A program made the translations under genes and the position numbers. The notes below the pieces were generated by a model. It made no database searches, was not told where the DNA came from, and saw only the letters and a program-made list of their open reading frames with translations. 64,000 nucleotides of DNA from Paramecium tetraurelia (lineage: Eukaryota): assembly GCA_000165425.1 (NCBI GenBank), contig CT868096.1, positions 124,001-188,000 on the forward strand, given 5' to 3'. This document shows positions 42,663 to 56,700 of the stretch, piece after piece (position 1 is the stretch's first letter; every line of letters begins with the position of its first letter).

Positions 42663-43849
42663 ATGGGGCAAACTTGTAGCGTAAGCACCTGTTGTTCAAA
42701 AGAAGAATTATACACTGTAAGAAATTCAAGCAAGTCTATTGAGATATAATCAAAAAAGTCAAAAGTTTCTCATAAAAAGGAATAAGAATAAGATAAAGTT
42801 GAAGGAACAATATTGAAAATTAAAAGTGATACTGTTTCTGATGTGATGGTATCTTCTCAACATAGCAAAATTTCAATTAAAAAAATAGAGAAGAATCTTA
42901 CTACTTAAATTTAGAGTTAGTAAATTCATCCACTTATTTTATAAACTATTGGAATGAAAGAGAGATCTCAGCTTCCAGTATTATAAATGTATATTAGGCA
43001 TTGCAATTATCCAATGGGGCAACTTATGAAGGAGAATGGTTAAATGGAAAGAGAGATGGATTTGGCAAGCAACAATGGCCTGATGGTTCAGTTTACGAAG
43101 GAGATTGGAAGGAAGATAGATCATGTGGGAAGGTTAAAAAGAATATAATAAAAATTAGGGAAAGCTGATTCATGCGGATGGAGATGTCTATGATGGTGAT
43201 TGGTTGGACGATGCTGCAAATGGTTTAGGAACCTATATTCATCTTAATGGAGCTAAATATTCAGGAGAAGTATATTGGTTAAATAAATGAAAAAGTGGTT
43301 GAATGATTATCAACATGGAAAGGGTACAGAGATTTGGCCTGATGGTGCTAGATATGAAGGTGATTATTATTATGGGAAAAAACATGGAACAGGAAAATTG
43401 AATTTTGCTGATGGCTCCTGTTATTAAGGTATAAAATTTTTGTACTTGAGGTGATTTTAGAGATAATGAAATTTAAGGATTTGGACAGTATTTATGGCCA
43501 GATAGTAGATTTTATGTTGGTTAATGGAGTAAAAATAAAATGCATGGATTTGGTGAAATAAAATGGGCGGACGGTAGAAGGTATAAAGGAGTAAAGATTT
43601 TGATTTAAATAGCAGCAATATAAAGAGGACAAGAAACATGGAAAAGGAACTTTTTATTGGGATGATGGGAAAAAATATATTGGAACTTGGGTGAAAGGTA
43701 AATAAAGTGGTGTAGGCATATATTATTAATCGGATAATTCTTTCAAAATAGGGGAATGGAACGATGGAAAAAGAATTAAGTGGTACAATTAGTCTGAAAT
43801 CGAAGAATTACAAAGTTAAGGTATTCTTGATGATCTTAGAAATTAATGA
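42663..43849 (+). CDS. MORN-repeat protein with putative dual acylation ([11 protein letters not shown])
   Basis: [28 protein letters not shown] and further MORN repeats; about five small introns. Confidence 0.92.
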
Positions 43850-43918
43850 ACTATTTATATATATTGAAAAAATTACTTTTATTATTTAATACTGATATTT
43901 TTTATTATAATATATGAA

Positions 43919-45507
43919 TCAAAAAATTGGTTTTTTTAAACTATAAATCTATTTGCTTTTCTTATTAGGATCTTTGCAATTTTCATCTATGAGTAAATCA
44001 TAATAATCAGGTTTCTAGCTTTAGAGTGGTGATGCTGGCTTTACTTGCTAGGCTTAAGCAGTTTGAGGCCTTCTCAATTTATGTTTCTCCTACTGCTTTC
44101 CTTTCAGAGATTAACATAAACTCTTATTCTATTCTAAATCATCTATAAGTGTTTATAATTATTTAATTTTTTATTCTTCTTGATTTATTTTCTATTCTTA
44201 AGATTGAATTTTCGAAGTTTATTTTTATTCATCTGTTGGGTTCTCTGTAATTTTTGAATTGCTATCTATTTCTAATTTTATTTCAGCAAATCTATGACAG
44301 ATAATTTCATATAATTTTTAGTTACAACATATTGGGTTCTTCTTAAGGTTTAAATTTTATAAATTTAAGGATTCTAAATGACCCAATTGATATTCATCAG
44401 TTAAAAGATTCCCTTCAAGATCTAAACTTGCAATTCTAGAATGAAATGCTAAGGGGCTCACATCATTTATACTATTAAATGAACAATTTAACTCTACTAA
44501 ATTAGGCATACTTAGTATTCCTAAGATTAATTTGTTTTTTACCCGATAAATCCACTAAATTTGATTTTCTAATACTTAATATTTATAAAAATGTCAATTT
44601 TGTGCCTAATAGTCTCAAAGATTCAATATTAGAATTATCTAATGTTAGCTCTTATAGATTTGTCAAAAGTTCTCCCAACATATAGAGTGATCCTTCTTTG
44701 GCATTAAACCTAAACTCTATTTTAGTTATTGAATCGAATTAGCTCTAGAATAGATAATTTTCTTACTTCTTTCATTTTTGAAATATTTTAAATTGTCTCT
44801 ATTTCTAATGAATCGTATAATTCATCCTTATTACTTTTTTAACTTTAATTTCCTATTATTTATTCTTTAGAAGATTCCAATAACTAGGATTCTATTTATG
44901 GTTCTTATTATTAGCTTGTTTATGCTAAATAAGCTCCATTTGATTGAGAAATTTTTCTTAATCTAGATGGTCTTTTAAATATTTGTGAATGTTAATCCTA
45001 ACTTATTTATTAATTAACAGAAATCATCTCCTCATCCTATTATTATAACTGCTTATCACCTTAACCTTAAAAAATAAGAAGGGACCTTTTTTATTCATGG
45101 CTTTCAAATTATTAAAATTAAGATGACTCCTATCCCTTCTTAATCACTAAATGCTTTAGTGGTTTGGCTGAAATAATTCTGTTTGCTACTCTCTATTATT
45201 TAATTAAGTTAATCTAACTTTAATCCATCTTCTTATAAAACTAAACTATAGTTTGCTAGTCCTTAATTTGATTTTCATTCGATTCTTTGTAAAAATTGGA
45301 TGTAGCTGTTGATAGTGCATCTAATTATTATTTAATTGAATTTTATTTCTTTTCTCGAATCTAATTCAATCTGTAACTTTTTTGATATTCTTAATTCGGA
45401 ACTTCTTCCTTATTTTCTTAAATAAAATTTTCAACTTAATGCTTTTAAATAGTAGATTATAAAGCTTGTTCCTCTTCTTTCTCTAAATTATTTTTGTATT
45501 ATTTCAT
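43919..45507 (-). CDS. Leucine-rich repeat protein, LRRC56/ODA8-like
   Basis: LGELLTNLQELTLDNSNIESLRLLGT...MPNLVELNCSFNSINDVSPL...LDLEGNLL resembles the LRRC56 LRRs; start approximate. Confidence 0.65.
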
Positions 45508-45805
45508 TAAAATTTCTAATAATAGTATAAAGCCTTTAAATTATTATTTATATATTTGAAATTTTTTAATTTAAAGCTTCACTTGGATAAATTCTGGACA
45601 TCAAAATTTTACATAAAATAATGTTATATATTGAAGAAAAGAAATGATTTTGAAACCTAAAACAAAGTTTTGTTTAATTATACAGCAAGATATAATTTTA
45701 AAATAGTATTTTCATATTTTTATGAATTATGAATATTTAAGTGATTCTGGAACTATTAATTCAATTAAAAAGATGTTAAATTTGTATATAAATTTCAATA
45801 TTAAT

Positions 45806-48800
45806 ATGAATAGTTAAAAAATTTCAAATCAAGAAAACTAATTTAAGGGGGAAATTAATGATGAGGATAATAAAAATGAGTAGACGAACTAAGAAGATAC
45901 AAATAACTCAGAAAATTATAAAAGAATAAGTGAATCTGAAAAATAGATGATAGAAGGAGAAGAAAATTAAATGCATGCAATTTAAAAATAATAAAATACA
46001 GATAATCATGAAGAAAATGAAGAAAATGTTATTAGCAATTCAGAACTATGTGATGAATCAAAAGATAATAATAAAAGAGAAAATATGAATTTAGAATAAA
46101 ATAATTCATAAATTAATTAAGCGAATTGTAAAACTTAAGAAGAGGAAAATAGGAATACAAAATAATTGGAAGGAATGTTTAATGAAGAATAACATCAATA
46201 AAGAGAAAATGAGAAGAAAGGAAAAATTCAAGAATAAAATGAATAAGTAGAGTATAACGATGATAAATAAAAGGAATTTTAGGTTTTAAATGAATATAAG
46301 AAAAATGAAGAATTGAATGAATAAACAGAAAATTAAGATTAAAATTAAAATGAATAAAAGTAAAATGAAGAATTGAATGAATAAAACAGCAAAAACCTTA
46401 AAGATTAAAATTAAAATGAATAAAAGTAAAATGAAGAATCAAATGAACAAGTCGAAAATTAAGATTAACATTAAAATGAATAAAAGTAAAATGAAGAATT
46501 GAATGAATAAACAGAAAATTAAGATTAAAATTAAAATGAATAAAGGAATGATGAAGAATCAAATGAACAAGTCGAAAATTAAGATTAACATTAAAATGAA
46601 TATAAGTAAAATGAAGAATCAAATGAACAAGTCGAAAATTAAGATTAACATTAAAATGAATAAAAGTAAAATGAAGAATCAAATGAACAAGTCGAAAATT
46701 AAGATTAAAATTAAAATGAATAAAAGTAAAATGAAGAATTGAAAGAATATACAGAAAATTAAGATTAACATTAAAATGAATAAAAGTAAAATGAAGAATT
46801 GAATGAATAAACAGAAAATTAAGATTAACATTAAAATGAATAAAAGTAAAATGAAGAATCAAATGAACAAGTTAGAAAATTAAGATTAAAATTAAAATGA
46901 ATAAAAAGTAAAATGAAGAATTGAATGAATAAACAGAAAATTAAGATTAACATTAAAATGAATAAAGGAATGATGAAGAATCAAATGAACAAGTCGAAAA
47001 TTAAGATTAACATTAAAATGAATAAAAGTAACATGAAGAATCAAATGAACAAGTAGAAAATTAAGATTAACATTAAAATGAATAAAAGTAAAATGAAGAA
47101 TTGAAAGAATATACAGAAAATTAAGATTAACATTAAAATGAATAAAAGTAAAATGAAGAATTGAATGAATAAACAGAAAATTAAGATTAAAATTAAAATG
47201 AATTAAAGTAAAATGAAGAATCAAATGAACAAGTAGAAAATTAAGATTAACATTAAAATGAATAAAAGTAAAATGAAGAATTGAATGAATAAACAGAAAA
47301 TTAAGATTAAAATTAAAATGAATAAAAGTAAAATGAAGAATTGAATGAATAAACAGAAAATTAAGATTAACATTAAAATGAATAAAAGTAAAATGAAGAA
47401 TTGAATGAATAAACAGAAAATTAAGATTAAAATTAAAATGAATAAAGGAATGATGAAGAATCAAATGAACAAGTCGAAAATTAAGATTAACATTAAAATG
47501 AATAAAAGTAACATGAAGAATCGAATGAACAAGCAGAAAATTAAGATTAACATTAAAATGAATAAAAGTAAAATGAAGAATTGAATGAATAAACAGAAAA
47601 TTAAGATTAAAATTAAAATGAATAAAAGTAAAATGAAGAATCGAATGAACAGGTCGAAAATTAAAATTAACATTAAAATGAATAAAAGTAAAATGAAGAA
47701 TTGAATGAATAAACAGAAAATTAAGATTAACATTAAAATGAATAAAAGTAAAATGAAGAATCAAATGAACAAGTCGAAAATAAAGATTAACATTAAAATG
47801 AATAAAAGTAAAATGAAGAATTGAATGAATAAACAGAAAATTAAGATTAAAATTAAAATGAATTAAAGTAAAATGAAGAATCAAATGAACAAGTCGAAAA
47901 TAAAGATTAACATTAAAATGAATAAAAGTAAAATGAAGAATTGAATGAATAAACAGAAAATTAAGATTAAAATTAAAATGAATAAAAGTAAAATGAAGAA
48001 TCAAATGAACAAGTCGAAAATTAAGATTAACATTAAAATGAATAAAAGTAACATGAAGAATCAATTGAACAAGTCGAAAATTAAGATTAACATTAAAATG
48101 AATAAAAGTAACATGAAGAATCAAATGAACAAGTCGAAAATTAAGATTAACATTAAAATGAATAAAAGTAAAATGAAGAATTGAATGAATAAAAATAAAT
48201 TTAAAATTAAAATTTTAATTTTAATGAATACAATTAAGTTTAAGAATCTTATGAATAACTAGAGAATTAATATGATCATTAAAGTGAATCCAAGTAAAAT
48301 GAAAAATCAAATGAAATAGTAGAAATATAACATTAACAAATAAATGAAGATTAAAATGATTAAGTAATAAATTCAGAATTACAAAAAATTGAAAATTAAA
48401 ATGTATTAGAAATTAATCAAGATTAACAATAACAAGCATAATCAAATGCACAATTTGAGTATTAAGATTAGCCTAGTTTCTAAATTGTAAGTAATGATTC
48501 CCCATAGATTTCAGCATTTAGTTAAAATTTAGAAAATACTTAATCTAATTTAATAGGAACTTTTTCTTAATATAATTAATCAAATATCGAATAAAATTTG
48601 AATGTTGAATAATTATTTTTCTTATTTCTTAATACACATGTTTAGGATTCAATTTTAAAAGAAAAAATTATTTAATAATATTCAGTTCTTCATTAAGAAA
48701 GGTAATATGAACATTAAAGTGCTCTTAAATCAAATAAAGAATAAATTTAATCTGAAACATTAATTCAATAAATTTAATATTTAGAATAAGAGTAAGTAAA

Positions 48801-49671
48801 TAATAAACAACTTTAAGAAGAGATGGGAAATAAAATATAAAGTCTTGAAAAGTTTTTCAAAGAATAATTAGATGTAAAAGATGCCGAAATTTCGAATTTA
48901 TAAACGGATTTATCTGATTTGAAATAAGAATTGGATATGAAGAAATAGGATATAAATGAATTAGAATAATTTATATCTGAAATGTCTCTTGAAATATTTG
49001 AGGAAAAATATTTAAATAGGGAAAGTATAGACAGTCCAAATTAATTGCTTACTGAAGTATTAAGAAAGTTCTAATAATTACTAAACTAGTATCAAACATC
49101 TTTGTATGATTTGATAAATAAATTTAATTTTGACTAATATGAAAGTGTGGAATAAAATAATTTGAGTAAAATATTATATGAGAAAATGCTAATTTAGCAA
49201 GAGTAAAGATTTAATTCAAAAATAGTTGAATAGGATAAATCAATTGATGAAATAAATATCATAATAAAAGAATTAGTTTAGCAAACTAAGACACTAAAAG
49301 ATTAATTACAGAAAAATTGCTCATTATTAATCAAAGTCAGTTGTGAAATATTCAATGGTTTATAAAGTTTAAGCAAATCTAAAAATTAGATAGATAAAAT
49401 TAAAGCAATAACTGAATCTGTAAAATCTGAAACTTCACTATTTTAAAATATTGTTCAAAAGTAATTTGACATTGAAGAATCTAATTTGGGTGATTAAAAT
49501 AAGGTTTTACTTCTTGAATTATTTAAAGAATTAATTTAAAAATAGGAGCAAGCTGAAAAGTTTTTGAACAATTTTAAAAAATCAATGTCCTTGAGAATTT
49601 CATTAATTAAAGAAAGCGAATAAAAAGTCCTAAACTATATGGCTTAAACATAATAAAGTAATAATTTTTGA
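45806..49671 (+). CDS. Large Q/N/E-rich repetitive coiled-coil protein; apparent +2 frameshift or unusual intron at ~46871-46908
   Basis: Code-6 ORF MNSQKISNQEN..., central 20-aa repeats, C-terminal coiled coil. The N- and C-terminal halves are in different frames. Confidence 0.7.
46304..48192 (+). repeat. Coding minisatellite: ~31 tandem copies of a 60-bp unit (NEE[L/S]NEQ[T/V]ENQDQ[N/H]QNEQKQ)
   Basis: Sequence lines repeat in 60-nt register; consensus aatgaagaattgaatgaataaacagaaaattaagattaacattaaaatgaataaaagtaa. Confidence 0.97.
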
Positions 49672-50357
49672 TAAATCATATAAAATATAAGTCAACCATA
49701 TTTTTAATTTTTTAATCTAAAATACTTTCCATTTAGTTGTTTAATATAATAAATTTAATTTCTAATTTACAAAGCTTTTAAGGAGAGCTCTTATTATTCA
49801 ATAAAGGCTTTAGGTTTAATTTTAGGAAATTAATGCTCAACACATACAAGCAAATGACGATGATATTTTAGAATAACAGAAATTCAAATTTTAAAGGTTC
49901 CCTTAATTGATATATTCTATGATTATTGATTTTAAATCATTTATTGGATGAGGCAAATGAAGGATTTCTGGAATAATCTTTATTTTTATTACTTAAATTG
50001 AAAGATTTCCAAAATAGTATCTATGAAATTGTTAAGTTTGAAAATATTCAATCTATTCTTTAATATTAGAGAAACCTTTGTTGAATATAAATAAGGCTAC
50101 CATAAGCATATGAAAGTTTATAATTAAAAAATGAAATTTTCATCAAGGTTATGTTTATAAATACAAGATAAGATAAATTAACATCGAGTTGATTCTTAAT
50201 AATATTTAATAATTAAATATTTTGGCCGGCTCTACAATTCTTTGAATTTACCAAACAAAACAATGATAAAAATTATATCATTAGATTTGATAATAATAGA
50301 AGCTAATAATAATTTATGACTTTATCAAAACAAACTAATTAAAAATTAATCACAACA

Positions 50358-50765
50358 ATGGAGATTGTAAAATTTATTAATAAACATAATATTTATAAAA
50401 TGTAGTATGGTAAAAGAGGAAGTGATTTGACAAAATCCAAGATCGAGCTTCTGTTTTCTGAACAATTAGAAAAACAAATATTACCTACTGAATCCGTGGA
50501 ATCGCTTGATAGCTTTCTACCCTAGTTCCATTGTTCTAATTAGGAGTAACTTGAAAGTGAACATAGAATAGTGCTATATTTAAGGTAACTGGGAGTATAA
50601 TTTAAAACTGATCCAAGAAATAAAGAATTAGAATATTAGTATGAATCTAAAATCATCATAGCGAAAAGTCAAAGAAAAAAGGAATAGTTTTTTAAGAGTC
50701 TATAAGTGAATCGCCTTAATTAGGTCCGCAAAAAAATAATGAAATTTTTTAATGTAAACAAATGA
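50358..50765 (+). CDS. Hypothetical protein; the frame is also open upstream, so the true start may lie nearer 49800-50060
   Basis: Uninterrupted 135-codon code-6 ORF MEIVKFINKHN...FFNVNK-TGA; no recognised domain. Confidence 0.5.
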
Positions 50766-52330
50766 ACAATGGAGAGTTTACGCCTTGGTTAAATTAATTG
50801 ATAGTGCGCAAAAAATAAAGTTTAGAATCATGATTTATTTAGTCTAATTCGCTTTTAATTTAGTAACTTAAAAATATTTTATATTGTGGAGCTATGATAA
50901 TAATTTAATTTAATTTCAAGTTGAAATCAATCGAAGAATTTATTTAACTCTCTATATCCTCAAAATGTTTTTTTTATTATTTTTACTACTAAATTATTGG
51001 TTTCATTATAGTTGAAACCTATTGTTGAGGCTAGCTTATATTTTTAAATACTTCTTTTATAATTACTACTCGTTTTATTCAAGTAGTCTATAGTATAAAT
51101 TCGTAAATGATTATTATTGGTTAATTTAAAGTCCATATAATATTTTGAGTTGATTGAGCAATTTTAATCTGTCAAAAAATAACTAAAACAAACACTATCA
51201 TTAGTTCTGATCCTATTACTATTATTTATAAAAGAATTATCATTCTTTAATGATTTTCAAAATTCATCTAAGTCAAAAAAAATCTAGTTTCTTTGATTTA
51301 CACATCTTGATAATTAAAGTTTGGTTAAAATTGGTATCATTAAATTAAAAATTAAGTTTTTCATTTGATAGAGCAACTTAATCGAAATATAATTAAAAAT
51401 TTATTAAAAAAAAAGTTTGCAAATCAAAATACTTTTATTAAATATATAAAAAATGATGATAAGAGACCAATGTTTTATGTTATCATATCATTTTTAATAT
51501 TATTATTGAAATGTAAATTCTAACAAAAAACAAAAGAATATTCATTACTTATTAACAAGGTTTTATTAAGCTATGGCCTAATTTTATTATGCATGCCTAA
51601 ATAGGATGCTTAATATAAATTAAGAATGGTGTAATTACTATTTCTTTATATTAAAAGAAGAACTAAAAATGTAATAAGAAAGGCCAGAAAAAATATTGTA
51701 GATTTATCATATACAAAATAATAAATAATTAAGAAATAATGGAACAATAAGTAAATCATGATAATATAAGAATTTTATATTAATTGAAATTTCTTGAGAG
51801 ATTTGTTTCATCATCATATGATTTTATAGTTAAATTGGCTTCTTTTAATCTAATGAGGTTTAAAAATCGTCCTTAAGAATCAATTAAAAAAGGTAGTCAA
51901 CATTATATTGATTATTTCAGATAATCAAATAATTGAATTAGTATTAAAATAATAATGAATTCTAAGATAAAATAATTCTCATACTCATAACTAAATACTT
52001 TTGATATTTCTAAATAATTGATCTATAATAGTAAGGAAAGTAGTAAAATTATTATTAATGATTTAAAAGAAAAAGATAGTAGATTAAAGGATACTTCAAA
52101 TAAGTTTGACAACTTAAATCAAAGTAGCTAACATATTTCACTATCCCAAAGCTTTAAAATGAATAAATTACCTTGAGCTAGTAAACATGTTTGTTAATTT
52201 AATTTAATATAAATGTAATTAATTATTTAATAAAAGCAATACTTAATACTTATTAGTATGAAATATTGATGACCTATCAGATGTTATCAAATGTTTATAA
52301 AATAATCAATAATTGAACCAAAATAATTTA

Positions 52331-53645
52331 ATGAATAATAAACAATAAGAATTATTCAAATTATTGAATAATGCGAATTTTATCATTTGTGCATCCATGG
52401 CATTGATAGCCCCTTTTTTTCCTCCGTTTGCTTTTGAATAAGGGTTATCAAAAACATTAGTAGGCATAATTGTTGCATTGCATCCATTGGGGGGAATTTT
52501 CGGGTCAATCAAAATTGGAGAAGTGCTTAACGATAAGAATAGATAAATAATGTTGACAGGCTCAATGATTGTTTAAGCTATATGCTTATTTCTTTTCATC
52601 CTAATTTATTTAATAAAAACTTATTGGTATATAACTATAATTTCATTGGTCTCAAGAGTTGTAAATGGCATAGTAAATTATAATAAATATATAGGCGTAT
52701 TCAGTTTTCATTACATCTTTTTATTCTTATATTCCATTTTTATTCCCGGAAGAACATGAGCAAAAAATAGCTTTGGCTGAGGCAGCTTCTGCACTCGGAT
52801 ATATGCTTGGACCAATGATAGGGTCCCTTTTATATTCAATAGGAGGTTTCACTTTCCCCTTTATTACCTTCATCATTTTTTCTATATTGTGTGGTTATTA
52901 TATTCACAATTATGAATTTGAAATTAAGAAAAAAGAATGCGAGATAGAGATGATAGAGATAAATCTTCATTCATAACATTCCGAGCCCTAAATGGAATAG
53001 CCTTTACAGTATTTGGAGGTTCTCCAACAATATGATGTTTATATCAATGCTTTAATGTGTGTAATGGTGACAACTTCAATAACCATCAATTTCCCATTAA
53101 TGGCTTAATATATGCAGGATCACTACCAAATATAGGAGTCCACAGTTGGGTTTTATATGGGATTATAACCTATGTGCTATACCGTAGCTACAATTTTGAT
53201 AACAAAAATTCAGAATCCAAATAAACCATATTATATGGTTGCCTTTCAACTCTTAAATGGATTAGCTCTTTTTTTTTATGGTCCTGATCCTGCATTTACT
53301 GGAATTGATAGAAATTTATTAATTTGTTGCATCAGCTTAGCTGTTACAGGAGTTGCATAATCATTTCCGTAAAAATTATTCTATATTCTTAGTTTAATTT
53401 ACAGTTTACCTTAATTAAATGAATCCTTGGTAGAATTATATCCAAATTCAGTGAAACAATGTAATAATTTTGCATCAGCAATATTCTCTGCTTCTATTTC
53501 GTTAGGAGAATTCTCAGGTCCTTTTATTGGGGGGTTTTTATCCAATTTTTGTGATCTAGACAGAATTGCTTCTATTACAGGTTTGCTAGCACTCGCTATG
53601 TGTATCTCATACATCCCATTTTTATAAAAGCATATGAAAAAATGA
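52331..53645 (+). CDS. Major facilitator superfamily transporter (SLC18B1-like)
   Basis: ALIAPFFPPFA..GLSKTLVGII, AEAASALGYMLGPMIGSLLYSIGGFTFPF, SLGEFSGPFIGG; two small introns; start approximate. Confidence 0.88.
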
Positions 53646-53724
53646 ATTATGGATTTATGTTACAGTTTTTATGAATATCAATTTTTTATCATCCGTTTTG
53701 AATATTAAATAATTCTTATATAAT

Positions 53725-56700
53725 ATGAGCGAGGAAGAAGGCGAAAGATTACTTAAAGACTAGGGGAGTATGGAAAAATAAGGATATGCCAATTAAAAGA
53801 ATGGAGATTAAAATAAGAATAAAACATTTGATGATTAATCAGGCCCATCTAAATTTGATGCAATAGTCATACTGATTTTAGTATTTATGGTTGGATTATC
53901 AGGATTTGGGTTGTTGAAGCATTATAATGGTAAGCTTGCTTTGTTAATTGATTTAGTTATAATTCCATCTTAACCTATTGATAATGATGTACGTGGAGAC
54001 TAATTAAACATTCACTAAAAAGATTCGGGTGTATAACAAGTTTTAAATAAAATTAATGATGGATTATAAAATGTAAGTGATAACAAAGCACCAAAAGAGG
54101 ATGAACTTGCAATAGATAGTGTTTTGGATAGTTATATCTCAAAAATAGAATAATATACAGATGTTCAGACTGATTGGGTGGATGATGATGATTAAATCAT
54201 TAAAAAAATAGAGGAGCAATTAGAGGATTAATAAAATGTTGTTTAGGATTTGGAAGAACTTATAATATCATAAGAATCAGAAATCTAAATACTAAAACCT
54301 GTATTTTCCAAAAACATTTATACTTATAAGGAACTATAGAATGGAATAAAAGTTTTGTTTATTTAAACAACAACAGAAGGTATACATCTGACAATTACAT
54401 TAAATATTGGAAAGCAGAATGATCCATAAGACAAGCCTGGGTTGACCGAACTGCTCTTTAGATGTCTATAAACCAATTTTTATATCGAAATCTATAATCA
54501 ATACACTACTCTAACAGCTTAGCTAAGTTTATTTGAAGAAGTAAACACAAAATTATAAGAATTGTACAACATATTAACAAAACCGTAATTTATCGATATT
54601 GAGAAGAATGCTAAGGATTTATTTGATGATTTGCTGCATGATTCAAAATCTGGGGATTTGGAATATGTGAGCGATTTCTTAAGTTAATAAACAGAATTAA
54701 AAGAACTCAAAATATTAGAGGTTGATTAAGAATAACTATACCAATAATATATATAGCATGTTTCAGCTGATACTCTAAGCCTAATTTTTAAAACCTAAGA
54801 TGAATATGAATCTATATTAGATAAACTATTTTAATCGGATATAACAAAATTAAAAAATTTGCATAAATTTTAACAGCCGATCTTCTAGAATAGACATCCA
54901 ATAGGTAGACATGTCTTAAAATTCAAAAGTGATACAGAAGTATTGACAATCCTATCACTAAGTGATTAATTTAGTTGTTAAAGATTCTTAGCATACCTTT
55001 TACCAAAGCCATTTTATGGTGCAATGTGGTAGAATCATTTACTAATAACACTAGATATCGAATTAGGAAATATTTTAATCTCCATAAATAAATTGATCTA
55101 ATTTTTAGATTATCTAAAGCATGCTGATGAAACTTAACTTCAACATTTATATTCTTAGATGTTAGCAACAGAGGAATTATTATTCAATACAAAATATGAA
55201 GAGAACCTTGTTTAGATTGGGTACAACCTATTTTCTGATCCGATTTATGTATTGAGAGGGTAAGAAAGTGAACCAATCTTTGATAGAAACTAATTCAATC
55301 AATATTTATCTAATTTGGCAAATAATTTTGTTGTTTTGGTTGGAAGTGAGAATTTCCAATACAATTAAACATATGAATCACAAAAGGATGATTCAATATT
55401 TATATTAGACGCTGTTATAAATAAAATCCATTAAGGCTTTACTTATGATTTAAAGCCATTAGTGAAATTATTTGAACTGAACAATTAATATTAATTTTCA
55501 TTACCATCTATAAGCCCATTTTTACCTGAAAATTTGGCTATAATATCAGTATGTGAACCTGTATATGAATTACAAGGATTTGGATTTTAACAAGTAGATG
55601 ATATTAGTCTAACAGTAAAAGATGGGAAATTTGATGGGTCAAGAGAACCAAAGTTTGAAACAGTAGAGTTTGTTTGCGAATACCCATTGCCAGACTTTTC
55701 AGTAAATTGTTAGGAGAAGGAGAAGTCTGCTTAAGTCTAATTAACACCCTTTTAGATTGCTAGTAATGTTTGGTGGAAACCTAGTAGATTGGGTGCAATG
55801 GTGTTTACTGGATTATTCATTGAAAAACCTGAATCTACATTAGCTTAAGGTAAAACGATGTTGAAGTTGTTGCAAAAATATTACTCAGAATTGGCTAAGA
55901 GACTATTTCAATAAGAATTCCTATTTGGATATGAGTTATCTTTCAAAGAGACAATCAATGGTCTGAATGTGTAGATGCTTAGTTATTCAGAAAAGCAATT
56001 AGAATTTTAGGATAAATTATTTGATTTGATGAGTATCGATGACGAATAGCTATTCTATTATGTAAAAGATTTATTGAATAAAGATATCAAAAGATTCCAT
56101 GATTAGAAATTGTCACTTTTGACCTAACAATATTATTTACCTAAGATAATGTTGAGACCAATTAATACTCCATAAGAAATATTGAATGTATTGGATGAAG
56201 TGGATTATCAAAAGTTTTTGGAATTCTAGGGATCGCTCCTGTCCAGTAAAATAGAAATTTTACACGTTGGAAATATACTGCCAAATGATAGTTTATTTGA
56301 AGACTCATAAGAAACCTATTTGACTAGGACATTAAATTTAAAGGGATAAAATTTAAAGTATATAGTTCAAAGGGAATCGAATAGCGATATGACTTCATCA
56401 GTGCTCAATTATTACTAAACAGGATTGAAAAATATAGAAACCACTTCTAAGTTGTATTTCTATGCAGATTTCTTATAATCTTATTCAAACAACTATTTTA
56501 AAATGGGTCAATAAGTCTTAATTAAGAGAAAACCATTAGGATGTGCAGATGGTTTGTAGGTATACATGTAAGGAGTGTTGCCATCGGAGGGGAATGAAGA
56601 GATAGAGAAGTTTTTAAATTAAGCTAATTTGCATCTGAGCAATTTGCAAGATGAGGACATTTTGGAGTAGAAATTATATACTATAAATAAATTATACAAT

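Noticed and set aside
23479..45507. Functional cluster of ciliary genes (DRC10, MORN x2, LRRC56-like)
   Set aside because: They are interspersed with unrelated genes, and ciliary genes are abundant in ciliate genomes, so co-occurrence is expected by chance.
46398..48124. 154-aa and 410-aa minus-strand ORFs (ILHFTFIHFNVNLNF repeats) in the ORF track
   Set aside because: Antisense shadow of the plus-strand repeat; stop-free only because of the repeat's composition.
46304..48192. CRISPR-like array or non-coding satellite
   Set aside because: Units are contiguous 60-mers with no unique spacers and no cas genes nearby. They are a multiple of 3 and read as a Q/N/E-rich peptide inside a larger ORF.
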